Shown in pieces: positions 27,056 to 39,117 of a DNA stretch of 64,000 nucleotides. The notes beneath the pieces are model-generated. The model saw nothing but the letters and a program-made list of their open reading frames with translations, had not been told where the DNA came from and searched no databases. Source of the stretch: Felis catus (taxonomy: Eukaryota); contig NC_058368.1 in NCBI RefSeq assembly GCF_018350175.1, forward strand, positions 165,356,001 to 165,420,000, written 5' to 3'. Every line of letters begins with the position of its first letter. The first letter of the stretch is position 1. Both the position numbers and the translations under genes were made by a program.

Positions 27056-29383
27056 GGAAAATAAGAGCTAGGCCTAATAGCTAAATGGGTGAAAATATGA
27101 TCAGATCAGAGGTGACTGATCTCCAATAAATGTATTATACATATTAACCACTTCATTACTTGATTACTTTCATGAATAAATAACCTATCACATATGTGAA
27201 TCCATTATTTTATTCATTAAGAAAATAAATAACACTGGTCATCAGCAGTACAATTGATGGCTATATATTCTAACTGAAAACAGATATCATTACTTTCAAT
27301 GACTGAAATTTTCTGTAGGAAAAATTTTAAATGTTGGATTTTAGAGGATCTCATTAATAATAACTTGTTTTTAATACTTGAACAATTTTCTATGGGAAAA
27401 CTATATATATATATAATTTGTAAAGTAAGTAGGGGAAATTACTATCAAGTTTAATATTTCTAATATAAAAAAATCTTAGCTGATGGCTGTAGAGATGGGA
27501 GATAGACACATTTTGATGCATCTCTTTTAGTATGTTGTTAATGAAGCTATCAGGGTTATTGAGAAGACTGGGATCTGTACCATTTTTTCCTACTTGCACC
27601 AATTTCTAATTTTTAGGTCTCCAGAGACAAACCATATTTCTAATTTAGCTGCTTCAAGCATAGAAATGGCATTTATAAATTGGTACACAATCTGAAGATA
27701 AACACTCCATCATATTGTGATAGATAACTCTAATTACTCAGATAAAACCACTTTCATTAAGAAACATGTTATATATTATAAAACCAAATCCCTTCATTAA
27801 ATTCTATTAACACAATTAATAAGCAATTCACCCAATGCATTGCTCTCTTTATCACTGGTTTACTTTGAATTATTAAACAAACCTCTGAGTAGAAGCCCCC
27901 ATATGAATTTCAAATACCACTTATTTATTTAACCAATATATACTACACATAATACCTTATTTGTATTCATGTAAAAAAAATTCCAGTATTTGTTTATCTT
28001 TCAAGGACAATGGAATCGCCTAGATTTAAATTCAGCTAATAAATTGTGCTAAGGAATAGAAAGAAGAAAATAAATTCAGATGCCAACTAAGTGGTGACCT
28101 TCACTTTCTCCAGAGACCCTGGGCACCCCGGGGAAAAAGATACTGAAACTTTGCTTTTACTGGTACAGCACTGCTATTTATTAAGTATCTCAGAATCAGG
28201 GTCTGTGCAATTTAAATTTTATCCTGTGGTCTCTGTAGTTTGGTGTACTTTAAAGGCAGGGGAAAAGAATTGGGCTACAATAATTATGTTTTACAATTTT
28301 AGATCAGATCCAACTCCCAACCTCAAGAGTTTCTGATATCTCTCATCCCATTCTTTGTTTCCTCACTTAAAATGTCAGTATTCCTTGTGAAGAACAAAGC
28401 ACATTGCTAGAAAATGCAGTACGGCCACAATAGGATGTTCTGAGTGGTCCAGGATAGTTGGAGATAGTCCACACATAGCTTGTTTTACCAACCTGGGACA
28501 TAGATTTTTAGACAAAAAGTTGATGGTTTTCCAACCAAAAAAATATACTGAGTTAACTAAAAGAGGAAGACAAACTGATACATACTATGTTGGCTTTTTT
28601 CTTTATTTACAAAATAGGGAAAAAAACAATTTTTGTCAACTTTGGCATATCTCTGACAAATTTTGCCCCATCTTTAACTTTTACCAAGATTAAATAGGCT
28701 TTAACAAGATAATTGTATTTGTACATCACCAAGTTTTAATGACATAGTTTTCAGTTGTATAACACACCACTAGGACTGAATCAAAAAATTAGAAATTGTA
28801 GTTTTACTTAAAAAAAAAAACTCAATTGCTGTCAATTCCACATTTGAAGTTAAACTGAAGCCTGAACTCATTTAAAATTAAACTCAAATTTGAACCTCAT
28901 CTAAAGCATAAATTAATCATATATACTCATCTGTTCCATATAAATACTTAAAAAAATATGTGTGATCATAGGAGTATCTCCAATTCAAAACAACAAAATA
29001 CATTCTAAAAAGTTTGATATTGAGTTTAACATGCAAAATTCCTATAAAGGCAAATGAAATAATCCTCAAAATGTATTAAATTGTAAAATATTAAGAAATG
29101 CTAGCTTTTTTTTTTTAACTGTAGGGGAAGGAAACATGAACATAGATCATTAAAATTTGGTCCTGATCACTCCATAACTTTCCAACTGAGACCAAAATTT
29201 TGCTGGTTGGCCTCCCCAACTATAACAGCCTAAACTCAATGATGCTTTTCTAGAAGTTTAGATATCCAGCTCAAAGAGCAGAGTGAAGGAATTAAAATTA
29301 GGCTGGAACTGATTTTGATCTCTTAACTTCTCTAGTAACTGCTGTATTTAAGAAAGAACATTACCTGAATTCCCGGAAGGACG

Positions 29384-29596
29384 TTTTTTTCAACGTTTAT
29401 TTATTTTTTTTGGGACAGAGAGAGACAGAGCATGAACGGGGGAGGGGCAGAGAGAGAGGGAGACACAGAATAGGAAACAGGCTCCAGGCTCTGAGCCATC
29501 AGCCCAGAGCCTGACGCGGGGCTCGAACTCACGGACCGCGAGATTGTGACCTGGCTGAAGTCGGACGCTTAACCGACTGCGCCACCCAGGCGCCCC
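29384..29596 (-). mobile_element. Young SINEC_Fc-type SINE
   Basis: CpG-intact copy (ttaaccgactgcgccacccaggcgcccc); short flank repeat ggaagga. Confidence 0.97.
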
Positions 29597-31038
29597 AATG
29601 GAAGGATTTTTAAATGACCATGTTCATAAAAAGACCAAAAAATGGAGAGTCCTTTGAAATATATTTTATCAATTTGTCTTTACCTATTTTCTACATCTCT
29701 AATCAACAATAGAAAACAGTGATTAGCTGTCAAAAATTCCTTTTGTAACTTGAAAGACTGAAAAATGATAGAGAATATCAACAAACATTACACTTAAAAA
29801 AAGATGAATTAAGACCATTTTAGTTGTTAAAAATTCAAAGTTGATTCTCTTTCTTATCAAGTTACAAATTATATGTATTACATTATTAGATCATTTTGCA
29901 TTATGTATATGTGAGTATGATATTACATATTTATACATACACATTTTCATGTAAATAAACTGTCAAGATTTAATATCAGGAAATAAATATCTAACATAAA
30001 CTTAATTTAAGTAAAAGGAATATCAATTAATGTGCTTCTCTTTGCCTTACATATCAAATATTCTAAAATTAAATACTTAAGGTAGAAACTTAGTTCCCAG
30101 GTACCTTGCACATATACTGACATACCCACAACATATGAAAATAATTTTTAAAAGTATATTATTATATAATGTTTTTAGTCTTAAGGTAATAATTAAATTT
30201 AAAACAAAAGTTGTTCACATGCAGCTAACTTTTTCAAGATTTGTCTTCTTTTTATTCTCATTGCTAGAATATTTCTATGTGTTTTAAGACTGAAATGCTT
30301 TTCATATATTGATAGTAACTGAGCTTCAACGTGAATCTTTAGTGTTAATATAAATCCTATTATATCTTGCTTCCTTAAATCCTTAAACACTATACTATTG
30401 CAGTCTACTCTTTTCTCAGTATATCCCAGTCATGAAATTACTCACTGTTTTTCAACCACATGAATCTCTATCATAATTTTATCTGAAAAACCTCCATTTT
30501 ATTCCAAAATTTCCTTTTATAATCCAACTGTTGTTGGTTCTTACCTAGAAATTTTTGTAATAACCCATTTTGTACAAAAATCTATATTATTTTTTTTTCT
30601 AATGAGTGATATTAGGCTCAATAGAAAAAATAGTCACAACTGGTTGAAGTTTATAGTTCCAAAGTTTTCCTCTTACAAGTTCTTTAAAAAGTTTTAAGAA
30701 GCAAATCAGAATATCAGCAACATTATAGAAAAAGGATTATGAGTAAATGCAAACTAAGGACCACAACACAATATTTTGGGGGGCTTTTTGAAACATTCTA
30801 AATCAATATCAATGTGTCAATATTTCTGTACATCTTTACAAAGAGGAATGTCAACTTTTGCTTCAATAATTTTGTCATTTTCATAACAAAATTAGAGTCT
30901 CAGTAATACACTGAAGACTTTTGCGTCTAGCCAAGATATAGTAAATGGTATAAGATACACGTTTTCACTGAAAACAACCAAAAATTGAAGACATAAAGGG
31001 ACAATGATTATGGAGAGGTGAAAAGGAAATAAGGCATT

Positions 31039-31236
31039 ATATTTATTTTTTATTTTGAGAGAGAGAGAGAGAGCATGCTCACACATGTGTGTGCAGTGGG
31101 GGAGGGGGGCAGAGAATCTGAAGTGGGCTCTGTGCTAACAGCAGATAGCCAGATGCATGACTCAAACTTACAAACTGTGAGATCATGACCAGAGATGAAG
31201 TCAGACACTTAACCAACTGAGCCACCCAGGTACCCC
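31039..31236 (-). mobile_element. SINEC (older)
   Basis: Antisense body ending gagccacccaggtacccc; (GA)n tract. Confidence 0.9.
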
Positions 31237-31595
31237 ATCAGGTGAGTACTATACTATGATCTCTCCAACTTACTGCCATGAGAGAATTTCCAGGCACAGG
31301 AACAGGATACTCATATAAAGCTGTGGAGAATCTCTGATATAAAGAGATGAAATTGAGATTCTGGAGAAAGGCAAAGGAAATTTGTAGGATAAATCCAGGA
31401 GAATAAAGTACTGTGCAAATAGAGAAATTTAGATAAATATGAAGGGTTTACATCGACTATCTAGCAGAGTAATGATTATTGTATACATCAGAGAAAGGTA
31501 ACAAAGGGCAGATAAATAAATGTCTGAGAGGAATAGATAGACATCAAGTGTCCAGTGCTTATGCAGGGTGGCATGTTCCTATTAGAAAGTCTAGG

Positions 31596-32600
31596 AAACT
31601 ACAATGAGATATCACCTCACACTTGTTAGAACAGCTAAAGTCAACAACAAAGAAACAACAGGCATTGGCGAGAATGTGAACAAAGAGGAACTCTTTCATT
31701 GTTGGTGGGAATGCAAAATGGTACAGCCACTGTGGAAAACAGTAGGAAAATTCCTCAAAAAGTTAAAAATAGAACTACCCTATCATCCTGGGTTTCTACC
31801 CACAGAATACTAAAATGCTAATTCAAAGGGATATGTGCAGTCCTATGTTTATTGCAGCATTATTTACAATAGCCAAGATATGGAAGCAGCCCAAGTATAC
31901 ATCAATAGATGAATGGATAAAGAAGAAATAGTATATATATATATACAATGAAACATTATTCAACCATAAAAATAATGAAATCTTTCCATTTTTAACAACA
32001 GGGATGGAGTTAGAGAGTATAATGTTGAGCAAATAAGTGAGTCAGAGAAAGACAAATACCGTATGATTTCACTCATATGTGGAACACAAGAAACACATGA
32101 GCAAAGAGAGGGAGGGAGGGAGGGAGGGAGGGAGGGAGGGAGAGAGGGAGAGGGGGAGGAGAGAGGGAGAGAGAGAGGGGCACATCAAGAAACACACTCT
32201 TAACCCTAGAGAACAAACTGATGGTTACCAGAGGGAATGTGGGAGGGGTGGATGGGGATTAAAGAGCACACTTAACCATAATGGGCACTGAATGATGTAG
32301 AGAATTGTTCAATAACTATAGAGGTGCCTAGGTAGCTCAGTTGGTCTTAATTTTGGCTCAGGTCATGATCTCATGGTCATGAGATGCAGCCCTGCATTGA
32401 GCTCTGGGAGGACTGTGGAGCCTTCTTGGGATTCTCTCTCTCCCTCTCTCTCTCTCTCTCTGTCCTTCCCCCACTTGTGCTCTCTCTCTCTCGCAAAATA
32501 AATAAATAAACTAAAAAAAATTGTTAAATCACTATATTGTACACCTGGAACTAATATAACACTGCGTGTTAATTATACTGGAACTAAAATTTAAAAAAAT
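31596..32600 (+). mobile_element. 5'-truncated carnivore L1 3' fragment (~1 kb) containing a SINE
   Basis: Translates MRYHLTLVRTAKVNN...LFHCWWECKMVQPLWK (ORF2 C-terminus). 3'UTR resembles the one at 45200-45395, followed by an A-tail. Confidence 0.85.
32321..32520 (+). mobile_element. SINEC (older) inside an L1 3'UTR
   Basis: Decayed head gaggtgcctaggtagctcag, CT tract, aaataaataaataaac tail; imperfect TSD aattgttcaataacta / aattgttaaatcacta. Confidence 0.9.
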
Positions 32601-33019
32601 ACAAAACACTGTAATAAAGAGTTGGAAACCTCATGATTCATGGAGCAGTGGATGAAGTACATACATGGGTCTAGTCTCAACAACAGTGAATAATCAGCAT
32701 TATAATAAACATAGCTCTGTTCCTGCCGCCAAATCTTAAAAACAAGAATCAAAAACAATGGACTGTTTTAGATAATTAAACTGTATCTCAGAACAAAAGT
32801 CATAAAGATCTATTGGGGAAAACAAACACAAAAACAAATTCCAGGAAAGGCAAGGGTAAAATTCACCAAGTACAACAAATAGAATCTAATAAAAGATTGA
32901 CAGTGAAGCAAAGATTAAGAAAATTTGACCAATAATGAGGAAAATTCAACAAAGTGATACTGACTCAGAACTAAATCAGATGTTAAAATTAGCAGACAAT
33001 GACATTAAAAGTTACTGAT

Positions 33020-33235
33020 GGGGCGCCTGGGTGGCGCAGTCGGTTAAGCGTCCGACTTCAGCCAGGTCACGATCTCGCGGTCCGTGAGTTCGAGCCCCGC
33101 GTCAGGCTCTGGGCTGATGGCTGGGAGCCTGGAGCCTGTTTCCAATTCTGTGTCTCCCTCTCTCTCTGCCCCTCCCCCGTTCATGCTCTGTCTCTCTCTG
33201 TCCCCCAAAAAATAAATAAACGTTGAAAAAAAAAT
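33020..33235 (+). mobile_element. Young SINEC_Fc-type SINE
   Basis: ggggcgcctgggtggcgcagtcggttaagcgtccgacttc head; TSD ttaaaagttactga. Confidence 0.97.
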
Positions 33236-36200
33236 TTAAAAGTTACTGAATCACATATACTCATAAAAATTTACAGTGACATGAAAAAAAATTTTAAAAG
33301 CTCCAACTTAAATATCCACACATTAATGCCATATTGTCTTTGATGAAAAACATACTAGATAATATTAATGGCATATTAGAGATTTTAAAGAAAAAATAGT
33401 GAACTTGAAGATTAGAAGGATTAGAAATTTAGAAAAAGGCAGAAAAAAAGAGAAAAATTAGATATCACTAATGGGCCATAAGAAAACATTCAGTTGCCTA
33501 TGCACGTAGTTGGAGACCTCAAAGGAGAGAAAAAGGACACAAAAAATTTGAGGAAAATATAGTGCAAACTCTTCCCAATTTGATGAAAACTATCAACCTA
33601 CAAATCCAGGACGTTCAGGAAACTTAGAGCACAAGCAACATGAGGAAAATTACATCAATGTGCACTGTAACCAAATCATCCAAATCATATGACAAACATA
33701 ACATTACAAAAGCATCCTAATTATGTTCAAAAAATCAAAAATGAAGATTCCAGCAGAATCTTTTTTAGAAACTGTCCAAGGAAGAATGTTGCAGCGCAAC
33801 ATTTTTAAGGAAATGAAGAAAAGAAAAAAGAAAACCAATACTCATGATCTTTATGCCTACTGAAATCTAACATAAATGAAGATAAAATAAAAACCTTTTC
33901 TGACATACATACGCTGAAAATTTGATTACCATTTAGCCCACACTTTAAGAAGTGTTAACGTCTGTCAGGCAAAAAGAAAGTGACAGCAAACGGAAATAGG
34001 GAGCAACACAAAAGAATGTAGAGGTCCAGAAAGAGTAAATCTGTAAGTAAATAAATGATTTCTTAATATCTAAATGTTTATTTTTAAATAACTGCCTTTA
34101 TAAAGATAATAATTTGTTGTGAAATTTATGAATAAATGAAATACATGATTAAATTATCACAATGGTTGGAAGGGAGAAATGGAATTTTAATACTGTAAGA
34201 TGTGTATACTTTAAGTGAAATGGGATAATACAACTTGCAAATAGATTGTTATAAGTTAAAATATGTATCACAGATGCTAAAATAACCACTAACATAACAT
34301 AACAAATAATTTAGCTAATAAGCCAACAAAGGAGACAAAACTGATCGTAAAATTACAATAGATGACAGGAAAAAAACAACAGGTAGCTTAAATATTTTTT
34401 TTATAAAGAAATATGAAAAACTTAAGTTTAACCATATCAATGATCCCATTAATTAAAAAGGGTTAAATACATCGATTAAATGTCAAATATTGTCAGTAAA
34501 GATTAAAAACTAAGACCTGTTTATATGCTTCTATTAAGAAATATACTTCAATATAAAGAAACCAATAGGTTAAAAGTAAAATGTTGGGAAAAGATATGAT
34601 GCTAACAATAGTCAATAGGAAGCTGAAGTAGCTATATTAAAATCAGATAAAATTGATTACAGAGAAAAAATTATTTCCACGGATAAGAATTTTATTTCAT
34701 AATGATAAGTCAATTCTTTAAGAGGGTATATAAATCTTAAAATTGATGTGCTTGAATAACAGATTCAAAATACATGAAGCAAAAATTGATTTAACTAAAA
34801 AACAGACAAAAATACAATTTTGTTAGTGATGTCAATATTCCTCTATCAACATGCTAGAACATATAGATAGAAAATCACCAAGAACAAAAGAGTTGAGAGA
34901 AGGAAGCTGGGAAGAAAGCAGACTAGGAGGACCCTAGGCCAGCCTCATCACAGGGATAGAGCTAGATAACGCTCACATCAGTGTAAATAACCCAGAAAAT
35001 GATCCAAAGACTGGCAGAACAAAGTCTATAACTGAAGGTAGCAAAGAGGCCACATGAAGAAGGTAGGAGGGGTGAAGACGTGGCTCAGGAGAAAAACAGA
35101 CCCTGGCTGTCGGCAGCAGGGAGGGAGCTGGTGCCATGGAGAAGGACAAAGATACTTTCAAATCAGGGAGCCCAGACATGGAAGACAAACCCCCATAACT
35201 TTGGCTTTGAAGGTGAGATGGCCTAATTTTTTGAGTTCTTACAACCAGTGAGACTTAAAGATTTGGAATATAAAAATTGGCAGGCATGGCTGTGGCAGAG
35301 TCAGAAGGGCATAGTAGACCTAGTCCCTACCTTTAATGAGGCAACAGAACAAACAACCCATGCAGATACAGCAATGAAGTAGCAGTTTGAAGAATGCCCA
35401 GGGCAGACAGAATTGAGTGATATACTCATCTCAGAGCATGGCCCTGAGAGGCAGGGATCATGGTGTGACCGCAACAGGCACAAAGGAACTGGTACTCACC
35501 ATTTCTCTCCTCCATTCCCCAGGATAAACACATGGCCACCTGTGGAAACCAGCATAGTACCCATATATGTGACCTAACTTGTTTACACCAAGTCCCATCG
35601 CACTGTGCACCTGTGGGTCTGCCCTTTACAGTCATGTTTGCCCCAGTCTTGGTGCTGTGGGCCCCTTGGCCAGAAGACCAGCATGAACCCCATCAATGCA
35701 TCATCTTCCAGCCCACATATCTTCTGGGAGCTTAGTTCAAGTGGTGGCAGTGGCAGCAGTGGCAGGTCTCATTTCACAAGCAGACCAGAATACACCTTGT
35801 TAAAAGGTGTCCCACTCCTGCTGGGGAACAAACATTGCCCACAACAGGCAAAGACAGACTCTAACAGACAACTGGACTGAAGGAAAAAGAGGCCAGGACT
35901 CAACAGCAGAAGTTTCAACAGGATTAGAAAAAAATGAGGAGAGAAATACATTTTATCTCAGATAAACAACCTAACCTTACACCTAAAAAAGCTAGAAAAG
36001 CAACAGACAAAACATAAAACTAGCAGAAGGAAGGAAATAATAAAGATTAGAGCAGATATAAATGATAATAGAAACTACAAAAACAAAAACCTAAATCGAC
36101 AGATCAATGAAATCAGGAGCTGGTTCGTGGAAAAGGTACACAAAACTGATCAACCTCTAGTCAGACTCATCAAAAAAAAGGAGAGAGAGGACCCAAATAA

Positions 36201-36489
36201 ACAAAAATCACCAACAAGAGAAATAACAACCAACACCACAGAAATACAATTAAAAGAGATTATGAAAAATTAATTAACAACAAATTGGACAACCTAGAAG
36301 AAATGAATAAATTCCTAGAAACAGATAACCTACCAAAATTCGAACAGGAAGAAATACAAAATTTGAACAGACTGGTTACCATCAATGAAATTAAATCAGT
36401 AGACAAACAAAACAAAAAAACAAACAAACAAACAAAAAAGCTCCCAACAAATAAAAGTCCAGGACCAGATGATTTCACCGGCAAATTCT

Positions 36490-36708
36490 TTTCTTTTTTA
36501 AGTTATCATTTAATGTTTATTTTTGATAGAAAGAAAGACAGAGAGTGAGCAGAGGAGGGGCAGAGAGAGAGGGAGACAGAATCTGAAGCAGGTGCCAGAC
36601 TTTGAGCTGTCAGCAGAGCCCAAAGATGAATGAGCTTGAACCCACAGCTGTGAGATCATGACCACACGGAAGTCAGACTCTTAACTGACTGAACTACCCA
36701 GGCACCCC
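36490..36708 (-). mobile_element. SINEC inside the carnivore L1 ORF2
   Basis: Antisense SINEC; imperfect TSD tcaccggcaaattct / tcacaggccaattct. Confidence 0.92.
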
Positions 36709-39117
36709 TCACAGGCCAATTCTACATTTAAAGAAGAGTTAACACCTATTCTTCTAAATAGAAGAAACAGAAGAGGAAGGAAAACTTCCAAATTCATTCT
36801 GTGAAGCCACTATCACCCTAATACCAAAACCAGATAAAAACACCATAAAAAAGGAGAAATACAGGCCAATATTTCTGGTGAACACAGATGCAAAAATTGT
36901 CAACACAATACTAGCAAACTGACTCCAACAATACATTAAAAAAATCATACACCATAATCAAGTGGGATTTATTCCCAGAATGCAAGGTGGTTCCATATTC
37001 ACAAATGAATCAACATGGTACATCACATCAGTAAGAGATCATTTCAATAGATGCAGAAAAAGCATTTGACAATGTACAACATCATTCATGATAAAAAGCC
37101 TCTGCTAAGTAGGTCTAGAAAGAACACACCATGACATAATAAAGGTCTTGTATGAATAACCCACAGCCAACATCCTACTCAATGGTAAAAAACAGAGCTT
37201 TTCCTCTAAGGTCAGGAACAAGCCACTGCAACTGTTAGTCACAGCAATCAGACAACAAAAAGAAATAAAAGGTATCAAAATTGTCAAGGAAGAAGTAAAA
37301 CTCTCATCATTTGCAGTTTACATAATACTAGGTATAGAAAACCCTAAGGACTCCACCAAAAGAACTATTAGAACTGATAAATGGATTCAGTAAAGTGCAG
37401 GATACAAAATTAATGTATAGAAATATGTTACATTTCTATACACCATTAATGAAGGAGCAGAAAGAGAAATTAAGAAATCAATCCCATTTACAAGTGCACC
37501 AAAACTACTAAGATACCTAGGAATAAATCTAACCAAAGAGGTGAAAGACCTGTACTCTGAAAACTGTAAAACACTGATGAAAGAAATTAAAGATGACGGA
37601 AAAAAAATGCAAAGACGTTCCATCTTCATGGGTGAAGAACAAATATTGTTAAAATGTTTATACTACTCAAAGCAATCTACACGTTTAATGCAATCTCTAT
37701 CAAAATACCAACAGCATTTTTTTTACAGAACTAGAGCAAACAATCCTAAAATGTATACAATAGCCAAAACAATCTTGAAAAAGGAAAACAAAATTAGATG
37801 TATCACAATCACAGATTTCAAGTTATGACCCTAGCATAAAAATAGACACAAGAGACAATAGAACAGAATTAAAAGCCCAGAAATAAACTCACAATTGTAT
37901 GGTCAATTAATCTTCAACAAAGCAGGAAAAAAAATCCAATGGGAAAAAGACAGTGTCTTCAACAAATGGTACTGGGAAACTGGAAAGATACATGTTAAAG
38001 ACTAAAACTGGGCCACTTTCTTCCACCATATACAAAAAGAAATTAAAAATGCATTACAGACCTAAGTGTGAGACCTGAAACCATAAAACTCCTGGAAGAG
38101 AGGACAGGCAGTAATCTCTCTGACGTTGGACACAGAAACATTTTTCTAGCTATGTTTCCTGAGGCAAGGGAGATAAAAGCAAAAATGAGCTATTTGAAAT
38201 ACATCAAAATAAAAACTTCTGCACAGTGAAGGAAATAATAAGACTAAAAGACAACCTACTGAATGAGAGAAGATATTTGCAAACGGCATACCCGATAAAG
38301 GGTTAGTATCCAAAATACATCAAGAACTAATACAACTCAGCACCTCAAAATCAAATAACCCTGTTAAAAACTGAGCAGATATGAACAAACATTTCTCCAA
38401 AGAAGACATCCAGAGTACCAACAGACACATGAAAAGATGCTCAACAACACTCATTATCAGTGAAATGCAAATCGAAACTATAATGTGTTATTAACTCATA
38501 CCTGTCAGAATGACCAAAATTAACAACATAACCAAAAACAGGTGTTGGCAAGGATGTAGAAAAAAAAGGACTCTCTTGCACTGCTGCTGGGAATGCAAAC
38601 TGGTTCAGCTACTGTGGAAAATAGTTTAGAGGTTCCTCAAAAAAATGAAAAACAGAACTACCCTACAGTCCAGCAATCACACTCCTGGGTATTTATCCTA
38701 AGAATACAAAAACACTAATTCAAAGGGATATATGTACCGCTAAGTGTATTGCAGCATTATTTACAATATGGAAGCAGCCAAAGTGTCTATTGATGAATGG
38801 ATAAGGAAGATGTGGAAATACACACATATACACTATGGAATATTATTCAACCATAAAATCGTTTTTTTTTTTTTTTTTTTTTATTTTATTTTTTTATATG
38901 AAATTTATTGACAAATTAGTTTCCATACAACACCCAGTGCTCATCCCAAAAGGTGTCCTCCTCATTACCCATCACCCACCCTCTCCTCCCTCCCACCCCC
39001 CATCAACCCTCAGTTTGTTCTCAGTTTTTAAGAGTCTCTTATGCTTTGGCTCTCTCCCACTCTAACCTGTTTTTTTTTTTTTTTCCTTCCCCTCCCCCAT
39101 GGGTTCCTGTTAATTTC

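Noticed and set aside
519..30390. Numerous 60-112 aa ORFs as host exons
   Set aside because: Low-complexity F/L/I/K-rich or repeat-derived translations with no recognisable domain and no consistent exon chain. Small real exons cannot be fully excluded without RNA data.
32999..33226. Recurring peptide GAPGWRSRLSVRLQPGHDLAVREFEP (also in ORFs at 62498 and 62744) and MAQSV... ORFs as a possible small gene family
   Set aside because: All are translations of SINEC copies.
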